Source: a virus
Lineage: Duplodnaviria; Caudoviricetes
DNA length: 31,376 nt
Direction: 5' to 3' (one strand)
IMG/VR virus record: IMGVR_UViG_3300033512_000127
Span: 1-31,376 of that record
In this document: piece by piece, positions 25,875-31,376 of the stretch
Layout: each line of letters starts with the position of its first letter
Numbering within the stretch: position 1 is the first letter of the stretch
Notes under the pieces: model-generated
What the model was told of the DNA's origin: nothing
Seen by the model: only the letters and a program-made list of their open reading frames with translations
The model's database searches: none
Program-made: the position numbers and the translations under genes

Positions 25875-27503
25875 ATGAAGAAAATGAATTGTAGATTGGG
25901 AATACTTAGACAAGAATATGTCCCAGTTTCTCAAAACGTGCCATTATATGCAACAGATACATATAAAAGACCAGTACTTCATCAAAAAGAAACACTGCTA
26001 ACATATAGAATTACAGGAGTATCATCTTGCACTATATCTGAGAGTTATATGAATCTAACGCAAACAGCAACTATTAATATTCCTATTAAGAATTGCAGCA
26101 TCTATAGAGATAAAGTTGTTAATGGTATTTTTCAGAAAGGCTATTTATTATTAAAAAGCAATCTATTTGATAAAGAGATTAAATTATTTGTTGGAACTGA
26201 TTTAATGATTGATATGGGTTATAACGATAACTATCAAACACGTTTTGTTGGTTATATTACTGAATTTTTAGAGAATAATGATTTTATAACTATTAAGTTA
26301 GATGATTCAATGTACAAATTCAAAAGAAGCTTATCTTTCAAACAAAACTTTCCAAAAGAATTAACACATAAAGATTTTCCTAAACTTGTTATAGATGAAA
26401 CTAAATCTGAAAAATTCAATTTATATCATCTTGTTCAATGGTTGTTTATTAATTTAAAAGGAAAGAAAGACTTTTTCCAAGATACATCAGTATTAGTACC
26501 AAAGATGAGATGTTATGATACAGCACTTGGAAAGGTAGTAATGAAAACATCTTTTACACCAGCAGAAATATTTCAATATTATCTTATTGATTTGCTTGGA
26601 ATGAAAGTATTCTTCCGAAACGAGTTTGTTGATAATAGAAGAGAAGTACAAAGTTCGGAATATCTTGTTGAGCCAACTCTGTATATTGGATGGGGAAATT
26701 GGCATCTACAAGAATACTATCAAATTGCTGGAGATGGAACAAGAGTTAAACGTCTTTTTGTTGAAAATAGAGTTGATACAACTGAATCTTCAGTAGGAGT
26801 TAATCCAGGAATTACAGTTATTAGTAAAAACCAATATAGTAGAACACTTAAATTCGCGTATCCATATTTTCAAAGTGATGAAGACCCTTATAATCCGATA
26901 TTTGAAAACAATTTAGAATGGTATAATACAGATAAAGATAATTTAAGAATAACAGCAACATCTTTCAATACCGATGACCATAAAAAATATACTGTTATTT
27001 ATCAAAATTCTTTACCTGGAGACCATTTTATAGAAACAAAGGAAGAACAAGAAACTAAGTTAAAAAATAAATATGTCGGTTTAACTGATGAACAAATTAA
27101 GGAAAAACGAGCACAGGAACAACGTATTGCTGATAGTCAAACTGAAATTTTATCAGGAAATACTATTCAAGATTTTAATGAAGTTACTCTGAATTATCCA
27201 AATCTAACACTTAAAGAACTTAAACAAAAAATATTAGACTTTTATAAAGTTTATCCAAGTTCAGGTTTAAGAGGAACAATAACAGTTGCTGGCGAACCTT
27301 ATGTTAGACAAGGTGATATAGTTAGATTAAAAATTAATCTATCACATATCAAAGATGTTCCAAATTATATAACAGATGGCACTAATAATTTTATAGATTA
27401 TTATGTTAAATCAGTAACAACTACATTCGATATGAAATCTGGAATAAGACAACAAATTGAATTGGATAGAAAAGTAGAACCAGAACCAGAAATAAAACAA
27501 TAA
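25875..27503 (+). CDS. Baseplate hub (P2 gpD / Mu gpP-like)
   Basis: LTQTATINIP, MGYND...FVGYI, GLRGTIT..GEPYVRQGD.V and YYVKSVTTTF...GIRQ.IEL motifs. Confidence 0.8.
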   Translation: MKKMNCRLGILRQEYVPVSQNVPLYATDTYKRPVLHQKETLLTYRITGVSSCTISESYMNLTQTATINIPIKNCSIYRDKVVNGIFQKGYLLLKSNLFDKEIKLFVGTDLMIDMGYNDNYQTRFVGYITEFLENNDFITIKLDDSMYKFKRSLSFKQNFPKELTHKDFPKLVIDETKSEKFNLYHLVQWLFINLKGKKDFFQDTSVLVPKMRCYDTALGKVVMKTSFTPAEIFQYYLIDLLGMKVFFRNEFVDNRREVQSSEYLVEPTLYIGWGNWHLQEYYQIAGDGTRVKRLFVENRVDTTESSVGVNPGITVISKNQYSRTLKFAYPYFQSDEDPYNPIFENNLEWYNTDKDNLRITATSFNTDDHKKYTVIYQNSLPGDHFIETKEEQETKLKNKYVGLTDEQIKEKRAQEQRIADSQTEILSGNTIQDFNEVTLNYPNLTLKELKQKILDFYKVYPSSGLRGTITVAGEPYVRQGDIVRLKINLSHIKDVPNYITDGTNNFIDYYVKSVTTTFDMKSGIRQQIELDRKVEPEPEIKQ

Positions 27504-27507
27504 TATT

Positions 27508-28500
27508 ATGAGTGAAATAAGAAATTTATTAAAGAATATAACAGCTCCAGCGAGTCCATACCAAAAACAATCTCAAGTTTGTAGAGTTAGAGATTTTGGG
27601 AGTACTTATGCTAATGGAATCGAAAAATTAAATTCATTAGTTTTTAACATAGAACCCATTGATGATGAAAGTTTTAATCCAAGTACTTATTATTTAAACA
27701 TAAAAGATGGAAGTAACACTATTAGAGTAGATATTCATAATAAAGATAACCCAACAGTATCCAGTAGAGTTTCTGGAGTTACATTTATGACTGATACAGA
27801 AGTTGAATTATCTAAACAAAATTGGTTATTCAATGTTCCAATTAATCCTGACCCAACATTACTAAAGACAGATGAAGGATTATGGATAATCCCCGATATA
27901 GATTCTTATGTAACTATTGGATGGTTAAATGAAAGTGATGCATATATTACTCAGGTTTCAAAGGCATCATCTGCTGTAATGAAAAAGGATGGAACTGAAG
28001 TTACTGTAGATGCTCCTAAAATAGATTTTTCAGTTAATAATAAAAAGATTCAATTGCTTTTAGAATTATCTGCTAAATTAAGAAATGAAGATACTTATAT
28101 TGAAATAAATCCAGATTATATTGATTTAACATCATCCATACAAACTGGTGGAGGAAATGGCTTACAATCTTCAATTCAAATAGGCGCAACAGGAGGAATA
28201 CTTTTAAACGGAAATAATCAAAGTCCAAATTCTGGAGGTGTAGTTAGACTGGAATTAAGAGATTCTAAAATAGATATTAGAAATGAAATAGTATCTTTAA
28301 AGGATGTTTTACTAAATTTAGCAACATATACAAGAGATTCTGATAGCACTTTTTCTAATTTATTTGCAGCAGGATTAGTAGCTCCATCTGGAGGAGGTGC
28401 TATTATATTTACAGGACAAGTTCCTTATAATACAGCTCTTCTTAAATTAGATAAAGATTATGAGAATATAAAAAAGCAAATAAATTCACTATTTAAATAA
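27508..28500 (+). CDS. Baseplate spike (gpV-like)
   Basis: OB-fold-type IIPDIDSYVTIG followed by beta-strand repeats; directly after the hub gene. Confidence 0.7.
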   Translation: MSEIRNLLKNITAPASPYQKQSQVCRVRDFGSTYANGIEKLNSLVFNIEPIDDESFNPSTYYLNIKDGSNTIRVDIHNKDNPTVSSRVSGVTFMTDTEVELSKQNWLFNVPINPDPTLLKTDEGLWIIPDIDSYVTIGWLNESDAYITQVSKASSAVMKKDGTEVTVDAPKIDFSVNNKKIQLLLELSAKLRNEDTYIEINPDYIDLTSSIQTGGGNGLQSSIQIGATGGILLNGNNQSPNSGGVVRLELRDSKIDIRNEIVSLKDVLLNLATYTRDSDSTFSNLFAAGLVAPSGGGAIIFTGQVPYNTALLKLDKDYENIKKQINSLFK

Positions 28501-28505
28501 GCTTA

Positions 28506-28530
28506 AACTTTCAAATCATAACGTAAAATA
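28506..28530 (+). promoter_or_regulatory. Extended class B motif AACTTTCAAATCATAACGTAAAATA
   Basis: 24/25 identical to 23393-23417. Confidence 0.72.
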
Positions 28531-28536
28531 ACTAAT

Positions 28537-28842
28537 ATGACAGATATACTTTTAAATATTGATGATGAATACCAATTACAATTTTTCGATGGAGATTTTG
28601 TAATTGATAATTCCGATTCTCAAAATATTAGACTGAATTTAGTATCCGCAAAAGGTGAATGGAAACAGAATCCGTTGATTGGAGCTAACATATCTAAATA
28701 TTTACATATGTCACAGGCTCGTAGCCAGTACAAAAAAAACATTACAGACGCTTTAAAGATTGATAATTACAAGGTTAAGAACATTAGCATTGAATTTGAT
28801 GGTTTTACAAGTAGAGCTGATTTTAATATAGAAGTTGAATAA
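28537..28842 (+). CDS. Sheath initiator / baseplate wedge (gp25 / gpW-like)
   Basis: GDFVI..SD.Q.I......KGEWKQNPLIG motif. Confidence 0.78.
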   Translation: MTDILLNIDDEYQLQFFDGDFVIDNSDSQNIRLNLVSAKGEWKQNPLIGANISKYLHMSQARSQYKKNITDALKIDNYKVKNISIEFDGFTSRADFNIEVE

Positions 28843-29156
28843 TGGCAATAAGTTTTATAACAAGTGTAACAGTAAAACCAGTTTATCTGGAAGAGAATGT
28901 GTATCTAAGATACGAGAATCAAACTCCATTAGATTATGCATTGACTAATCTATCTAAATTAGAGGATATCGTTCCATTCTTTACTAAGTTTGGAATTGGT
29001 ACTTATGTTGATTTTTATAACTTCAATAAATTTAGAATGCCTTTCAACAAAAACTCTTTAAATTCTGCAGGATACATTGCAGCAACAAGAGGTGAAGATG
29101 TTAATATAACTGAAGGAGATTATAACTGGGACTTTTCTGAAGATTTCTTTATCTAA
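28842..29156 (+). CDS. Small baseplate protein (gpX/LysM-like candidate)
   Basis: NQTPLDYAL segment; acidic-aromatic end GDYNWDFSEDF. Confidence 0.5.
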   Translation: MAISFITSVTVKPVYLEENVYLRYENQTPLDYALTNLSKLEDIVPFFTKFGIGTYVDFYNFNKFRMPFNKNSLNSAGYIAATRGEDVNITEGDYNWDFSEDFFI

Positions 29157-29170
29157 AAAAATAACTACTA

Positions 29171-30673
29171 ATGACTATAAATGCGTTAAAAAACCAAATC
29201 AATGCTGTTATAAAAGCTAATGGTAATAACGAAATAACTGGACCGATTCTTAATAAACAATTAATTGATTTAATAGATGATATTAATGATTTAAAGAGTT
29301 CTGTTTATCGACAAGCTACATATCCTACTATAGATTTACAAGTTAATGACATACTGTTTAAGACTGATACTAATACACTTGAAATTTATAATGGTTCAAC
29401 TTGGGATATTATTCCACTTGGTGGAGATACAACTGGTTTAGTTCCTTATACTGGAGCAACATCCGATGTTGATTTAGGAACTTATGGTATCACAGTAAAT
29501 AATTTAAAAGTTACAACACTATTAAGTGCTACTACTCTTGGAACAGATATTACTGGAAATATTATAGATAATAGTGCAACAAACTTTTTTGATTGTACTA
29601 TTGGAACTGGCGGAAATTATCCAAATGTTGCCGAAGCACAGGCAGATAATAGAACAAAATGGAAAATAATATCAAATATAACATTAAATGCTGATATTTC
29701 ACTCGATAATGTATTAATGGCTGCTGATGCAGGAATTATAATTGAAACAGGAAGCTATTATTGGTCAGGAAGCGACGGCGTAATAATAGGATTAACAGGA
29801 ACTAAATACACATCGCAATTCACGATAAAAGTTAATTCCACAATTAACTTTCAAGGATTTAAAAATTGCGGAGCGCGGAATGTTAGATTTGAAAGCACCG
29901 CATCAGCTTCCTACGCTTTCTTTACAGATGCTCAGATATCCGAATGTTATTTTAAGTGGGGAGATATCGCTGCAAACTACATTGCGGCTGGAAAAAGTAC
30001 ATTAACAGATTGTATTATCAAAGGTGGTGGAATTAGCTGCTATAATCTTGTCAATGCGCCAGTCGATTTTATAAGATGCGAATTTCGAGGGATATTTAGT
30101 TTAGCGTCCACGACTATTCAATTCGATTGTAATTTCACAGACTGCAAAAATGACGATAGAGTTGGATTTGCTACAATAGGATTTAGTACAAAAGCAAAAA
30201 CAGCACGAAATTTTAGAGGTACTCCAGTTGCTGCGATGTCAGGATATTGGGAAAATTCAAATGTTAAGAGTAGAGTTTATCCGTCTACAAATAGAAGCGC
30301 ACTTCATTTTAAAAATTGCATAGGAGAATTTGATTTGCAATATTTATCAAATAATTGCCCTCATATTTTTGAATTTTGTACATTAACGATGTTTAATGGA
30401 ATTTCTCCGATTAATTACGGAACTTATAAGTTTATAAACAATACTATCAATTATTTAAACATTTCTGTAAACGATGTTGATATCGTGAGAAATGAAATTA
30501 CAGGAGCATTAACCGTAGGAGGTGATAATTATAATATTGATGCTAATAGAATAGTAGGAGCGACAGTTCTAAGTTTAGGTGTAACAGATTCAATAATAAC
30601 AAATAATAGATTCGCGGGCGGTTTTACAGATAATTCAGGAAACGCTACAAATATAACAGCTAATAATAAATAA
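29171..30673 (+). CDS. Tail spike / receptor-binding protein with predicted right-handed beta-helix
   Basis: IKANGNNEITG N-terminus, VPYTGATSDVDLG linker, IGTGGNY cap, then Cys/Asn ladder repeats ending ITANNK. Confidence 0.7.
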   Translation: MTINALKNQINAVIKANGNNEITGPILNKQLIDLIDDINDLKSSVYRQATYPTIDLQVNDILFKTDTNTLEIYNGSTWDIIPLGGDTTGLVPYTGATSDVDLGTYGITVNNLKVTTLLSATTLGTDITGNIIDNSATNFFDCTIGTGGNYPNVAEAQADNRTKWKIISNITLNADISLDNVLMAADAGIIIETGSYYWSGSDGVIIGLTGTKYTSQFTIKVNSTINFQGFKNCGARNVRFESTASASYAFFTDAQISECYFKWGDIAANYIAAGKSTLTDCIIKGGGISCYNLVNAPVDFIRCEFRGIFSLASTTIQFDCNFTDCKNDDRVGFATIGFSTKAKTARNFRGTPVAAMSGYWENSNVKSRVYPSTNRSALHFKNCIGEFDLQYLSNNCPHIFEFCTLTMFNGISPINYGTYKFINNTINYLNISVNDVDIVRNEITGALTVGGDNYNIDANRIVGATVLSLGVTDSIITNNRFAGGFTDNSGNATNITANNK

Positions 30674-30732
30674 AATGATACAGCTAAACAATTATACAAC
30701 GGGTAATATTTTAACATAAATAAAAATAAAGT

Positions 30733-31227
30733 ATGATACAATTAAATAACTATATAAGTGGAGGAATCATTTTAGTTAATAAAATGAAAGAGTCAGGAGT
30801 TTATTATAAACTCTATTCAAATCCTTATTTCAAAGACTTAGGGTTAAATGCCCAAGATAAAAGGGTTGATTATGTTTCAGATACATATCAATCTGTATTA
30901 ATTAATCCGACATTTAAAGAGTTTGAAACTGAGGGGTGTGTTGCTAATATTCTTGATGTTGAAACAGGATTCATAGTTAGCGCAGATAGTCAATGTTGGT
31001 TGATGGATATTAAACCTATCCGAATTGTTGCTAATGAAAAAATATTAGAACATATTTTAATAGCAGATGATTTAGGACAATTATTCTTAGGTTTAAGAGT
31101 GGATTTTGTCGAACAAACTTATGTCATTGACGGAATCACATTTATTTATGTTGCTAATATCGACCCTCTTTACGAACCTATACTAAGAGCATATCCTAAT
31201 ACAATCACAATAGAAAATAAAATCTAA
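30733..31227 (+). CDS. Hypothetical protein between spike and fibre genes (chaperone candidate)
   Basis: 164-aa ORF ending 2 nt before the next ATG. Confidence 0.6.
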   Translation: MIQLNNYISGGIILVNKMKESGVYYKLYSNPYFKDLGLNAQDKRVDYVSDTYQSVLINPTFKEFETEGCVANILDVETGFIVSADSQCWLMDIKPIRIVANEKILEHILIADDLGQLFLGLRVDFVEQTYVIDGITFIYVANIDPLYEPILRAYPNTITIENKI

Positions 31228-31229
31228 TT

Positions 31230-31376
31230 ATGGCAAATTATTTTACCACAACCGAAATATTAAATGATGTTTATAAAGACAGAGCAACCAATGTATATCT
31301 AACTGATACAGAGGCTTACAATGCGGTTTATAATCCAACACAAAGAGCTTTAAATGTTAATATTTTAAATCTTGCA
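31230..31376 (+). CDS. 5' end of the junction-spanning fibre gene (continues at 142-1878)
   Basis: ATG GCA followed by the repeat, in frame with 1..1878. Confidence 0.85.
   Translation, partial: MANYFTTTEILNDVYKDRATNVYLTDTEAYNAVYNPTQRALNVNILNLA
31236..31376. repeat. 141-bp terminal overlap, right copy
   Basis: Identical to 1-141. Confidence 0.97.

Noticed and set aside
11989-29156. Extracellular contractile injection system or tailocin (two tubes, sheath, baseplate)
   Set aside because: Capsid, portal, protease and terminase are present in a closed genome, so this is a phage
5436-30741. Shadow ORFs 5436-5645, 9849-10202, 10792-11022, 11680-11946, 13916-14221, 14085-14267, 14964-15149, 17170-17421, 25612-25815, 26493-26705 and 30529-30741
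   Set aside because: They are antisense or out-of-frame overlaps of better-supported genes
31236-31376. Biological direct terminal repeat
   Set aside because: It falls inside a coding sequence, and its 141-bp length equals a common assembler k-mer size, so it is best explained as circular-assembly overlap
1-31376. CRISPR array or diversity-generating retroelement
   Set aside because: No spaced repeat array, reverse transcriptase or TR/VR pair was seen

Overview
The window is a complete, circularly assembled, strongly AT-rich genome of a small contractile-tailed phage. Its unit length is 31,235 bp, because bases 1-141 are repeated exactly at 31236-31376. The host is most likely a Bacteroidota bacterium, inferred from the gene families, A-rich leaders without Shine-Dalgarno sequences, and one perfect TTTG-N19-TAnnTTTG promoter. 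The + strand carries Mu-like head and neck genes (TerS, TerL, gp36-like adaptor, DUF935-type portal, virion morphogenesis protein, tail terminator, protease/scaffold, capsid) and a myovirus tail. The tail genes are a sheath with an inserted CBM5/12-like domain, two tube paralogues, a chaperone with a -1 frameshift, the tape measure, baseplate genes and three fibre/spike genes. No transposase, integrase or repressor is recognisable. The phage encodes its own ECF-like sigma factor, and two recurrent upstream motifs (ACGTAAAATA/ACCGAAATA before structural genes; AACT-N13/14-ATATATA before the sigma and nuclease genes) suggest a two-tier transcription programme. An ~8 kb mostly minus-strand block splits the tail module between chaperone and tape measure. 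It contains a stand-alone minimal PolA/T7-RNAP-superfamily polymerase, a DUF3223(DCL)-HNH-like protein, four GIY-YIG nucleases and a PD-(D/E)XK nuclease. It also holds an atypical tRNA-Ala(UGC), an unidentified GC-rich structured element, and an NlpC/P60 hydrolase with TGA at its conserved Trp. All family assignments come from recognising motifs by eye; no database searches were run.
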